DNA of 33,003 bases from Chitinophagales bacterium (GTDB lineage: Bacteria > Bacteroidota > Bacteroidia > Chitinophagales > LD1): positions 1 to 33,003 of the forward strand of contig JBIKJU010000003.1 of assembly GCA_044360745.1 (NCBI GenBank), written 5' to 3'. Of this stretch, positions 24,743-33,003 are shown one piece after another. Each line of letters opens with the position of its first letter. The stretch's first letter is position 1. The translations under genes and the position numbers were made by a program. The notes beneath the pieces are model-generated. The model searched no databases. It was not told the DNA's origin and saw nothing but the letters and a program-made list of their open reading frames with translations.

Positions 24743-26614
24743 ATGAAAAAACGATTTACCCAGCTAGTAGCTATTGCATTTTTTTCTTTACCTACTTTAG
24801 AGCTCATAGCTCAGACCTTCCCTGTGGGACATCGCTCTATCAATTTTAAAGACGCTTCTAGATCTGGAGGCTTTTCAATAAGTGGAGGAACTGTAGTTCC
24901 TACTGGAGGCACAGGCAGGGATATCGGTACAGAAATTTATTATCCTGCTATTACGGCAGGAGATAACACAGCTCTTGCAAGTGGGAAATTTCCTGTCGTT
25001 GTTTTTGGGCATGGATTTGTGATGTCATGGGATGTGTACAGCCCTTTTTACGATTCATTAGCTAGATTAGGCTATATAGTTGCGCTTCCTCGAACAGAAG
25101 GAAGCCTCTCTCCTACACATACAGAATTCGGAAAAGATTTGGCATTTGTTTTAGATTGGGTGATGCGATTAGACACGGTTTCTACATCTCCTTTTTTCGG
25201 GAAAGTGGCCCAAAAGGGTGCAATAGCAGGTCACTCCATGGGTGGAGGTTGTACATTTCTTGCAGATCAATATAACTCTAGAGCTACTTGTTATCTCACT
25301 ATGGCGCCAGCAATAACAAATCCCTCTTCTGCTTTGGCGGCTCGCACTATCACCAAGCCGATGTGTATTTTGAGTGGCACTAGAGACTGTGTAGCGGGCT
25401 TTGCTGCACATCAAAAACCCATGTATGATTCATTGAAAGTAAGTCTTTGCAAGCATTTAGTTTCTATCACTGATGCGCGTCATTGTAGTTTTAGTAATGG
25501 GGGTAGTGCTAACTGTAATTTTGGAGAAGGCTCGAGTGGCTGTGCAGGTGTTACTAATGGTTTTTCGACAACGATGCAGCAAGATGTGACTCGAAGAATA
25601 ATAATTCCATACTTCAATTACTTCTTGAAAGGAATTTGTTCGGAGTGGAGTGTTTTTGAAAACTATTTAGCCACTACTGCGCGTCTTTCTACACAGTCTG
25701 TTTGCAACATGAGCGTACCATCTAACGCCACTATTTCGGGCAGCAATCAGTTTTGTAGCGGAGGTAGTACTACACTTACCGCTTCGCCTGCTAGTTTTAC
25801 TTATTCATGGAGTAACGGAATCACACAACAAACCAACACGGTAACTAGCGGAGGAGTCTATACGGTGTCTGTGAGTAACCCCTATTGTTCAATAAGCTCT
25901 AGTCCATTTTCTGTAAGCGAGCTTAATCTGCCCGCACAACCAGCAGCTATCACAGGCTTAAATCAAATATGCAACAACACACAGGGTGTTAGCTATAGTT
26001 CAAATAGTTCAGATTCTTTAGTTTGGACTCTGCCAAATGGATGGTCTACTAACACTACACCTAACACAACTGCCACGATTAATCATAATGGACAATCAGG
26101 GGTATTATCAGTAGCTGCAACAAACGTGTGTGGAACTTCGCCTTCTACAGTAGTTAATGTCACGGTAATAGACACACCAACTACTATAATTTCAGCATCA
26201 GGTTTTACTCTTTCTTCCTCTTTCTCTGGCTCTAGTTATGAGTGGTTTTTAAATGGAGTATCTACTGGTTCTAGTAGTCCTACATTTATAGCTCAAACAA
26301 CAGGAAATTATTCGCTCAGAATAACTAACGCTGATGGATGCTCTGGCTGGTCAAATGTATTGTTTGTAGAGGTAGTAGGGATAAGTGATGTATCTAAAAA
26401 TGCATTGTTGATTTATCCTAATCCCGCAACAGATAAGTTGAAAATCCTAAATGGCACTAAAGACCAAGTTTGGACACTAAATACTGTTTTAGGTCAAGTT
26501 TTGAAAGTTGGGGAAATAGGCATGAACGAAGAACAAATAGATCTTTCTGATCTTACCAATGGTATATACATGTTGACAATAGGTGGCCAAACGTTTAAAA
26601 TAGAAAAGCAATAA
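24743..26614 (+). CDS. Secreted chlorophyllase/cutinase-like alpha/beta hydrolase with Ig-like repeats and T9SS sorting domain
   Basis: Signal peptide. FPVVVFGHGF, GHSMGGG, SGTRDCV, DARHCSF. S/T/N-rich Ig-like repeats (FCSGGSTTLTA, YSWSNG, YEWFLNG). CTD IYPNPATD...GIYMLTI...FKIEKQ. Confidence 0.85.
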   Translation: MKKRFTQLVAIAFFSLPTLELIAQTFPVGHRSINFKDASRSGGFSISGGTVVPTGGTGRDIGTEIYYPAITAGDNTALASGKFPVVVFGHGFVMSWDVYSPFYDSLARLGYIVALPRTEGSLSPTHTEFGKDLAFVLDWVMRLDTVSTSPFFGKVAQKGAIAGHSMGGGCTFLADQYNSRATCYLTMAPAITNPSSALAARTITKPMCILSGTRDCVAGFAAHQKPMYDSLKVSLCKHLVSITDARHCSFSNGGSANCNFGEGSSGCAGVTNGFSTTMQQDVTRRIIIPYFNYFLKGICSEWSVFENYLATTARLSTQSVCNMSVPSNATISGSNQFCSGGSTTLTASPASFTYSWSNGITQQTNTVTSGGVYTVSVSNPYCSISSSPFSVSELNLPAQPAAITGLNQICNNTQGVSYSSNSSDSLVWTLPNGWSTNTTPNTTATINHNGQSGVLSVAATNVCGTSPSTVVNVTVIDTPTTIISASGFTLSSSFSGSSYEWFLNGVSTGSSSPTFIAQTTGNYSLRITNADGCSGWSNVLFVEVVGISDVSKNALLIYPNPATDKLKILNGTKDQVWTLNTVLGQVLKVGEIGMNEEQIDLSDLTNGIYMLTIGGQTFKIEKQ

Positions 26615-26620
26615 AGGGAT

Positions 26621-27109
26621 TTATACTACCTTATTTGCACAAGAAGTGGCTGCAACAGCATCTGGTTTTGCTTTAAACGTAAAACCCATTGATAAGATAT
26701 AGCCCATAGCTTCTTGTAGAGCAACATTACTTTTAAATCTAGGATTGGTATTAATATCGGCATGTACCTCCAAATCAGTTTTATATTTATCAAACAAAGT
26801 ACAGAGATGATAAGCTATTTCAATAGACCTAGACACCTCTATGAGCATCCGTTCTTTGAGAGAGGCAAAGGCTTTGGTGCGCTCACTCGATATATACATA
26901 AAGCCACCCTTTCCTTTTCGTAAAAACAAAATCACGGTAGCGTATTCCACTTCATTACCATAGGCTTGCGAATCCGTGCCAATACAAATTTTTATTTTGT
27001 TTCCAGCTTCAGCCTCATCTATCAGTGTTTTTTCTACCATGTCTGATATTGGCATTTCAATAATTTGTCCATCCAACCTTCTCCATCTACTTTCTGTGAG
27101 TGGTTTCAT
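26621..27109 (-). CDS. Ribonuclease H-like YkuK (DUF458) family protein
   Basis: ICIGTDSQ, YATVI, RMLIEVSRSIE, LEVHADIN, KPDAVAATSCAN. Confidence 0.85.
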   Translation of the reverse strand: MKPLTESRWRRLDGQIIEMPISDMVEKTLIDEAEAGNKIKICIGTDSQAYGNEVEYATVILFLRKGKGGFMYISSERTKAFASLKERMLIEVSRSIEIAYHLCTLFDKYKTDLEVHADINTNPRFKSNVALQEAMGYILSMGFTFKAKPDAVAATSCANKVV

Positions 27110-27267
27110 AGCTTTTATTTTTTATAAAATTAGTACATATTGATTTAAAGATTAAAAATTGTTTGTTAATAAAATATCAACAATATTTGCCATTTGTGTT
27201 TTCGAAAATCTAGAAGAGAGAAATATAGTGACCGTAATTATATATCTTTGCATTTCAAAAAACAAAA

Positions 27268-27894
27268 ATGACCTCATTTAAAGATAAGCTTAAACAGGCA
27301 ATTAACACTAGTATTCGATATTTTTTACAAGGTCTTTTGTTGATGGCACCTTTGTTTGTTACGTTTTACGCAGTATTTTACTTCTTTAATTTATTCGACA
27401 CCAAAGCCAACGATGCGTTTTTCTTTTTGTTTGGGTTTCGATTTCCGGGTTTAGGGATACTGGTGATGTATGTGGTGATTTCGCTCATTGGTTTAGTTGG
27501 CTCTACAATTTTGGTACAACCTTTGCTTGATGGAGTAGAAAGCTTATTGAGCAGAGCCCCAGTAGTAAAAGACATTTATGGATCAATACGTGATTTTATT
27601 TCTGCATTTTTGAGCAACAAAAAGAAATTTAATAAGCCTGTAGTGGTAGAAATGGGTAAAGGACTTGGTATTTATAAGATTGGATTTGTTACCGATCAAG
27701 ATCTACAAGAATTTGATATTACCGACAAAGTAGCAGTTTATTTCCCCCATTCATATAATTTTTCCGGGAATCTGTTTTTGGTAAATATAGAACAAGTAAA
27801 GCCGATCAATAATCAAAAGTCAGCAGATATTATGAAATATATTGTATCAGGAGGAGTGATGGAAATGGACGAGCATCAAGAAATTAAAAAGTAA
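27268..27894 (+). CDS. DUF502 family membrane protein
   Basis: YFLQGLLLMAP, PGLG, PVVKDIY, IGFVT, VYFPHSYNFSG, IVSGG. TATCTTTG -7 element at 27243-27250. Confidence 0.9.
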   Translation: MTSFKDKLKQAINTSIRYFLQGLLLMAPLFVTFYAVFYFFNLFDTKANDAFFFLFGFRFPGLGILVMYVVISLIGLVGSTILVQPLLDGVESLLSRAPVVKDIYGSIRDFISAFLSNKKKFNKPVVVEMGKGLGIYKIGFVTDQDLQEFDITDKVAVYFPHSYNFSGNLFLVNIEQVKPINNQKSADIMKYIVSGGVMEMDEHQEIKK

Positions 27895-27904
27895 AAAGGT
27901 AATC

Positions 27905-29536
27905 GTGAAGGTAGCGTTAGCACAGTTAAATATTCATGTCGGCAACTTTGAGCAAAACACAAAGAAAGCTATACAAGCTTTAGAGAAAGCTAAAACTGAA
28001 GGGGCTGAAATTATAGTGTTTAGCGAACTCTCTGTTTGTGGTTATCCGAGTCGAGATTTTTTAGAATTTAAACACTATATACAGCTTTGCGAAAAAGCAG
28101 TTGAAGATATAGCAAAACATGCGCAGAATATAGCAGTAGTGTTAGGTAGTCCAACCATAAATCCAAAAAAGGAGGGTAAAGATTTGTACAATTCAGCTTA
28201 CTTTTTATATGATGGGAAAGTGCAACAAGTAATACATAAAACGCTTTTGCCTACGTATGATGTGTTTGATGAATATAGATATTTTGAGATGAATACTCAC
28301 TTTGAATGTGTTACGTTTAAAGACAAAAAAATTGCCATTACTGTTTGTGAAGATATATGGAATATAGGCAATGACAATCCTCTTTATCCTGTTTGCCCAA
28401 TGGATGAGTTGATAAGTCAAAACCCAGATCTTATAATTAATCTCTCTGCTTCGCCTTTCAGCCATACACAACACAAAGAAAGAAATCATATTGTAAGTGA
28501 AAATTGCAAACGATATAAATTGCCTTTGGTTTATGTAAATCAGGTAGGTGCACAGACAGAGTTGGTTTTTGACGGAGGGAGCATGGTGGCTAATGCAGAT
28601 GGAGAAATTATAACTCAGCTGGCGTATTTTGAAGAGGAAGTAAGGGTTGTAGACATTTTCGCAAACCAAACAGCTTCATCTGGTGCTGATTTGTCAGAAA
28701 TGGCTCAAATTCGCAAAGCATTAGTACTGGGTGTAAAAGACTATTTTTCAAGATTAGGTTTCACGAAGGCAATTCTTGGATTGAGTGGAGGAGTAGACTC
28801 AGCATTGGTGTTGGCTTTGGCGGTAGAAGCCTTAGGCGCAGAAAATGTTATGTCCGTGTTGATGCCATCCGGATACTCCTCTTCACATTCGGTAGACGAC
28901 TCTCTAGCTATGGTAAAAAAGCTTGGGTCTCCATACGAAATAATCCCTATCGAAGATTGTTTTCAGCAATATTTACAAACGCTAAAACCCCAATTTAAGG
29001 AGTTGCCTTTTTCTGTGGCCGAAGAAAATATCCAAGCTAGAGTAAGAGGAACGTTATTGATGGCTATGAGCAATAAGTTTGGTTATATACTACTAAACAC
29101 GACCAATAAAAGTGAAGCTGCGGTAGGATATGGAACACTTTATGGCGATATGTGCGGAGGTCTTTCTGTTATTGGGGATTTGTATAAAACGCAAGTATAT
29201 GATTTGTGTAAAAACATAAACGAAGGAGAAGAAATCATACCCACTAATATACTTGTAAAAGCACCTTCAGCAGAGCTGCGTCCAAACCAAAAAGATAGCG
29301 ACTCCTTACCAGTATATGATATTTTAGATAAACTCCTTTTTCAATACATCGAGAAAAGACAAGGTCCGCAAGAATTGACCGAAATGGGATTTGATGAAAA
29401 CTTGGTAAAGCGAGTTTTGAAAATGGTCAACTCTAGCGAATGGAAGCGCTTTCAAATGGCGCCAGTCTTGAGAGTTTCAACAAAGTCTTTTGGCATGGGA
29501 AGGCGAATGCCCTTAGAAGGAAAGCACCTAGGGTAA
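27905..29536 (+). CDS. nadE: Glutamine-dependent NAD+ synthetase
   Basis: Nitrilase domain E-K-C triad (FSELSVCGY, HKTLLP, VCEDIW), plus LGLSGGVDS, ENIQAR, NKSE, GYGTLYGD, APSAELRPNQKD. Confidence 0.97.
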   Translation: MKVALAQLNIHVGNFEQNTKKAIQALEKAKTEGAEIIVFSELSVCGYPSRDFLEFKHYIQLCEKAVEDIAKHAQNIAVVLGSPTINPKKEGKDLYNSAYFLYDGKVQQVIHKTLLPTYDVFDEYRYFEMNTHFECVTFKDKKIAITVCEDIWNIGNDNPLYPVCPMDELISQNPDLIINLSASPFSHTQHKERNHIVSENCKRYKLPLVYVNQVGAQTELVFDGGSMVANADGEIITQLAYFEEEVRVVDIFANQTASSGADLSEMAQIRKALVLGVKDYFSRLGFTKAILGLSGGVDSALVLALAVEALGAENVMSVLMPSGYSSSHSVDDSLAMVKKLGSPYEIIPIEDCFQQYLQTLKPQFKELPFSVAEENIQARVRGTLLMAMSNKFGYILLNTTNKSEAAVGYGTLYGDMCGGLSVIGDLYKTQVYDLCKNINEGEEIIPTNILVKAPSAELRPNQKDSDSLPVYDILDKLLFQYIEKRQGPQELTEMGFDENLVKRVLKMVNSSEWKRFQMAPVLRVSTKSFGMGRRMPLEGKHLG

Positions 29537-29616
29537 AATATTTTTTTCATAAATTATTATAAATCAGATAACTTTTTTACCTTCGAGCAACCAAATACAA
29601 AATTCAAAACCAACCT

Positions 29617-32451
29617 ATGAAAAATTGGACACTATTTATCGCACTGTTTTTTTCAATTTCTACACTTTTTGCACAAACTAGAACTATTACAGGACGTGTA
29701 ATAGATCCAGAAACAAAAGAAGCTCTAATAGGAGCATCTGTAGTAGTTAAGGGGTCTACAACTGGCTCTGCTACTGATGTCAATGGAAATTTTTCACTGT
29801 CTATACCCAATGACGCAAAAACCTTAGTCGTTTCTTATGTTGGGTATGAACCTAAAGAAGTTCAGGTTTCAAATACGAATAACTATTCAATTAATCTTTC
29901 TGCAACATCTGTTCTCACTACAGATGTGACGGTGACCTCTACCCGAACCCCAGAAACGGTAAAACAAGCTTCAGTACAGATTGAAAAAATGGGTGTAAGA
30001 GAAATTAAAAGTGCTGCTTCTGGTGACTTTTATCAAGGTCTCGGAAATTTCAAAGGAATAGATGTGGTGTCTTCTTCTTTTGCTTTCAAGACTATCAACC
30101 TTAGAGGATTTGGAGGCACAGCAGCCGTGCGCTCTCTTCAACTTATAGATGGCATAGACAATGCTGCTCCAGGCTTAAATTTCCCTGTTGGAAACTTAGT
30201 AGGAATAAATGACTTAGATTTGCAAAGTGTAGAAGTTATCAGTGGAGCAGCTTCTGGACTTTATGGAGCAAGTGCTTTGCAAGGGGTAATCAATATGAAA
30301 TCCAAAAACCCTTATGATGTACAGGGGTTTTCGGCTATGCTCAAAGGAGGAGCAACCACCCGTGTAGCCCCTTATTTTGAAGGCCAGTTTAGATATGCTC
30401 AGGCTTTTGGAAAACAAAAAAAATGGGCATTTAAAGTGACTGGATCTTATATGCAAACCAAAGACTGGATAGCAGATGATGATTCTTTAAATCTTTATGG
30501 CGATATTTCAACAGAACAAAATGTATCTGAAATATTAAGAAAAAGGGCTTTAGCAGATGTGTCAGAAACTTTTACACAAGAAGACAAAGACAAGCTCATT
30601 AGACTCAATAACTGGCTTGACTTTAATCCCATAGCTAATCCTAATGTTTTAGATATAAACGCACCAGGCTATAGAGAAAGAGACCTCACGGACTATAACA
30701 CCTATAGTTTGAAAGTAGGAGGTGAACTTCACTATAAAATCACGAATGATATTTCTGTACATTACATGGGTAAATTTGGAATGGGATCAACGGTGTATCA
30801 AGGGGTAAACCGATACCAAATTAAAGACATCACTTTTCAGCAACATAAACTTGAAATTTCTGGGAAAAATTTCTTTGTAAGAGGGTATGGGGTAATTGAA
30901 AATGCTGGCAATTCTTATGACCTAGTATTTACTGGAATAAATATTTCAAAAGCATCTGTTACAGATTATATAACGGCCTTCAATACTTCTTACTTTGATT
31001 CATTGAGAGTTTACACCAATGATTTTGATGCAGACACAGAAGCCAAAAACTGGATGGTTGATTCAGCAAGAAAGGTGGCCATAGCACATGCTGACCAAAC
31101 TGGATGGATACAAGCAGGTTCTTCAAAATTTGATTCTTTAAAAAATGAAATTTCTCGAGATGGCAGACTTTCTGGTTTGGGTTCTAAGTTTATTGATAAG
31201 TCATCTATCTGGCACGTAGAAGGGCAATATAATTTTGATGTTTTGAAAAAAGCACCTGTAAAGTGGGATGCTATAGTAGGTGGATCGTATAGAATCTATT
31301 TGCCAAACTCGGCAGGCACTATTTTTTCTGATACCTTAGTTAACAGATTTGACACTGTGCCAGGTGGCGACATTAGTCCAAATGCAAGATTTGTGCGTAT
31401 CCGAAACGAAGAATTTGCTTTTTATGCGCAGACTCAATTTAAGTTTTTCAACGACCATCTAAGACTAATTGGTACGGTGCGTATGGATAAAAATACAAAT
31501 TTCAAAGTTCGATTTTCGCCTCGTGTAGCAGCTGTAGTAAACTACGGAGATCATAATTTTAGAGTTGGATTTGCAACAGCATTTAGAAATCCTACTTTAC
31601 AAAATCAATTTATTAATCTTAACTTAGGTCCTATCACACTAGTAGGAAACCTAGAAGGAAATAATAATGTGTACACTCTTCAGTCTTTGCAAGACTTTAA
31701 TAATTACTATGATACAGCATTTATACCCTCTGCCGAAAATGCTGTGAAGTTTTTACAAAAAACATCAGTAGAAAAAATGAGACCAGAGCGTGTGACCTCT
31801 TTGGACTTTGGTTATAAAGGAGATTTTGTCAAGAAAAAATTATCTATAGATGTTTCGGGCTATTATAGCTGGTATAGAGACTTCTTAGGCTTCACGCGTG
31901 TAGTATCTCCAAATATCGGTGTGGCAGGAGAGCAATCAGGCGAAGATCAAATATTAGGCAAAAACTTTACGGTGTTGCAAATGACTGCTAACTCGCCAAG
32001 AACTGTTCCATCATGGGGAGCATTGGTTGATGTGCGTTATTATATTGGTTATGGCATCAGACCATATGTGAACTATACCTATACTGACCTAGACGATAGC
32101 AATCTTAGCACTTCTGGCAATTTGGTGTTGACTGGTTTCAACACACCAAAACATAAAATTAACGTAGGTATAGAAGGCTTTAGAGTGTGGAAAGGTCTTG
32201 GCTTTACGGCCAACTTTAAATGGGTCAATGAGCACAAATGGGAAAATGCTTTTGCTGATGGCGTAGTGCCTGCTTATCATGTATTGGATTTACAAGTAGC
32301 ATATGAATTTGAAAAACTACATTCTGCACTTCGAGTAGGAGGATCTAACATCTACAACAATCTTCACATAGAAGCTGTTGGCGCACCACGTATTGGCGCC
32401 CTGTACTATGTGTCTTGGACATTTGACTACAGCAAGTTTATAAAACAATAA
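29617..32451 (+). CDS. TonB-dependent outer-membrane receptor with N-terminal CarboxypepD_reg-like domain
   Basis: Signal peptide, ITGRVID..EALIGASVVVKG..ATDVNGNFSL, plug INLRGF..LIDGID..VEVISGAASGLYG..GVIN, beta-barrel with AFRNPT. No susD partner nearby. Confidence 0.92.
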   Translation: MKNWTLFIALFFSISTLFAQTRTITGRVIDPETKEALIGASVVVKGSTTGSATDVNGNFSLSIPNDAKTLVVSYVGYEPKEVQVSNTNNYSINLSATSVLTTDVTVTSTRTPETVKQASVQIEKMGVREIKSAASGDFYQGLGNFKGIDVVSSSFAFKTINLRGFGGTAAVRSLQLIDGIDNAAPGLNFPVGNLVGINDLDLQSVEVISGAASGLYGASALQGVINMKSKNPYDVQGFSAMLKGGATTRVAPYFEGQFRYAQAFGKQKKWAFKVTGSYMQTKDWIADDDSLNLYGDISTEQNVSEILRKRALADVSETFTQEDKDKLIRLNNWLDFNPIANPNVLDINAPGYRERDLTDYNTYSLKVGGELHYKITNDISVHYMGKFGMGSTVYQGVNRYQIKDITFQQHKLEISGKNFFVRGYGVIENAGNSYDLVFTGINISKASVTDYITAFNTSYFDSLRVYTNDFDADTEAKNWMVDSARKVAIAHADQTGWIQAGSSKFDSLKNEISRDGRLSGLGSKFIDKSSIWHVEGQYNFDVLKKAPVKWDAIVGGSYRIYLPNSAGTIFSDTLVNRFDTVPGGDISPNARFVRIRNEEFAFYAQTQFKFFNDHLRLIGTVRMDKNTNFKVRFSPRVAAVVNYGDHNFRVGFATAFRNPTLQNQFINLNLGPITLVGNLEGNNNVYTLQSLQDFNNYYDTAFIPSAENAVKFLQKTSVEKMRPERVTSLDFGYKGDFVKKKLSIDVSGYYSWYRDFLGFTRVVSPNIGVAGEQSGEDQILGKNFTVLQMTANSPRTVPSWGALVDVRYYIGYGIRPYVNYTYTDLDDSNLSTSGNLVLTGFNTPKHKINVGIEGFRVWKGLGFTANFKWVNEHKWENAFADGVVPAYHVLDLQVAYEFEKLHSALRVGGSNIYNNLHIEAVGAPRIGALYYVSWTFDYSKFIKQ

Positions 32452-32459
32452 GAAAGTTA

Positions 32460-32488
32460 GCTGATTATAGAAATCAGCAAATTTTTTT
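32460..32488 (+). terminator. Possible intrinsic terminator of the TonB receptor gene
   Basis: GCTGATT-ATAGA-AATCAGC, then AAA and T7. Confidence 0.45.
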
Positions 32489-32565
32489 GATACTGCTCTT
32501 GATGAATTTTTTTTGAGTGATCTTCAATCTTGCTAACAACAGATTTTAATTCCTATTTTTGGATA

Positions 32566-33003
32566 GTGATAGATATAGCCCTCTACGATAAACTTACTAA
32601 TTACTGCGCATATTCGGAGCGATGTGAACATGACGTCCGTCTTAAATGCAGCAAGCTCAATATAGAGACAGAAAAAGCAGCGTATTATATTGCAAAATTA
32701 AAAGAAGAGGGATTTGTAAATGATGCACGATATGCCTCATCGTTTGTTCGTTCTAAATCAAAAAGAGGGTGGGGGTCATTAAAAATAAAAAACGCACTTA
32801 GTAGAAAAAAAATACCTAAAGAGTTTATACAAAAATCTCTAGAGGAAATAGATGTAAATCTTCAAAAAGAGAAGACATTAGATCTGGCTCAAAAAAAATG
32901 GAAAAACATAAAAGCTAAGACGAATAGCGAACGAAAAACAAAACTCATTCGCTTTTTGATAGGTAAGGGATACAGCTTCGATTTAGCGAATGCTATTTCA
33001 AAA
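32566..33003 (+). CDS. recX: Regulatory protein RecX, 3'-truncated by the window end, not in ORF track
   Basis: From GTG 32566: MIDIALYDKLTNYCAYSERCEHDVRLK...LKEEGFVNDARYASSFVRSK..RGWGSLKIKNAL...KLIRFLIGKGYSFD. TATTTTTG -7 element at 32554-32561. Confidence 0.9.
   Translation, partial: MIDIALYDKLTNYCAYSERCEHDVRLKCSKLNIETEKAAYYIAKLKEEGFVNDARYASSFVRSKSKRGWGSLKIKNALSRKKIPKEFIQKSLEEIDVNLQKEKTLDLAQKKWKNIKAKTNSERKTKLIRFLIGKGYSFDLANAISK

Noticed and set aside
122-32280. Many short antisense or alternate-frame ORFs in the track (e.g. 2318..2725, 8324..8677, 14061..14555, 28205..28669)
   Set aside because: They overlap well-supported genes, lack motifs and look like shadow ORFs.
29617-32451. TonB receptor as part of a polysaccharide utilisation locus
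   Set aside because: No susD-like lipoprotein, regulator or CAZyme is adjacent; it is flanked by nadE and recX.

Overview
AT-rich chromosomal window from a Bacteroidota bacterium, judged from TAnnTTTG -7 promoter elements, A-rich start contexts without Shine-Dalgarno sequences, two T9SS C-terminal sorting domains and a CarboxypepD_reg-type TonB receptor. Most of it is core or metabolic: icmF-like mutase, rsmI-like methylase, paaC-paaD, a YihQ-like GH31, HU, kup, acpP-fabF, TerC, HAD phosphatase, fabH, mutL, serC, YkuK-like RNase H, DUF502, nadE, a TonB-dependent receptor and a 3'-truncated recX. I found no rRNA, tRNA, CRISPR array, transposase, integrase or phage gene, and no clearly new multi-gene system. 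The best leads are: (1) three interrupted reading frames, namely in-frame TAA codons in icmF (172-174) and in a secreted protein gene (16814-16816), plus an A8 tract whose -1 shift fuses two ORFs (3553-3560); (2) a small basic DUF5679/CC1-like protein convergent with HU; (3) a Fur-box-like palindrome upstream of an ABM monooxygenase and an un-called 45-aa membrane peptide; (4) an exported sulfoquinovosidase-like GH31 with Gln in place of the sulfonate-binding Arg; (5) a perfect 24-bp palindrome before serC; (6) a small accessory islet (2.1-4.1 kb) with a structured leader and a REP-like inverted pair. All family calls come from motif recognition and memory, not from database searches.
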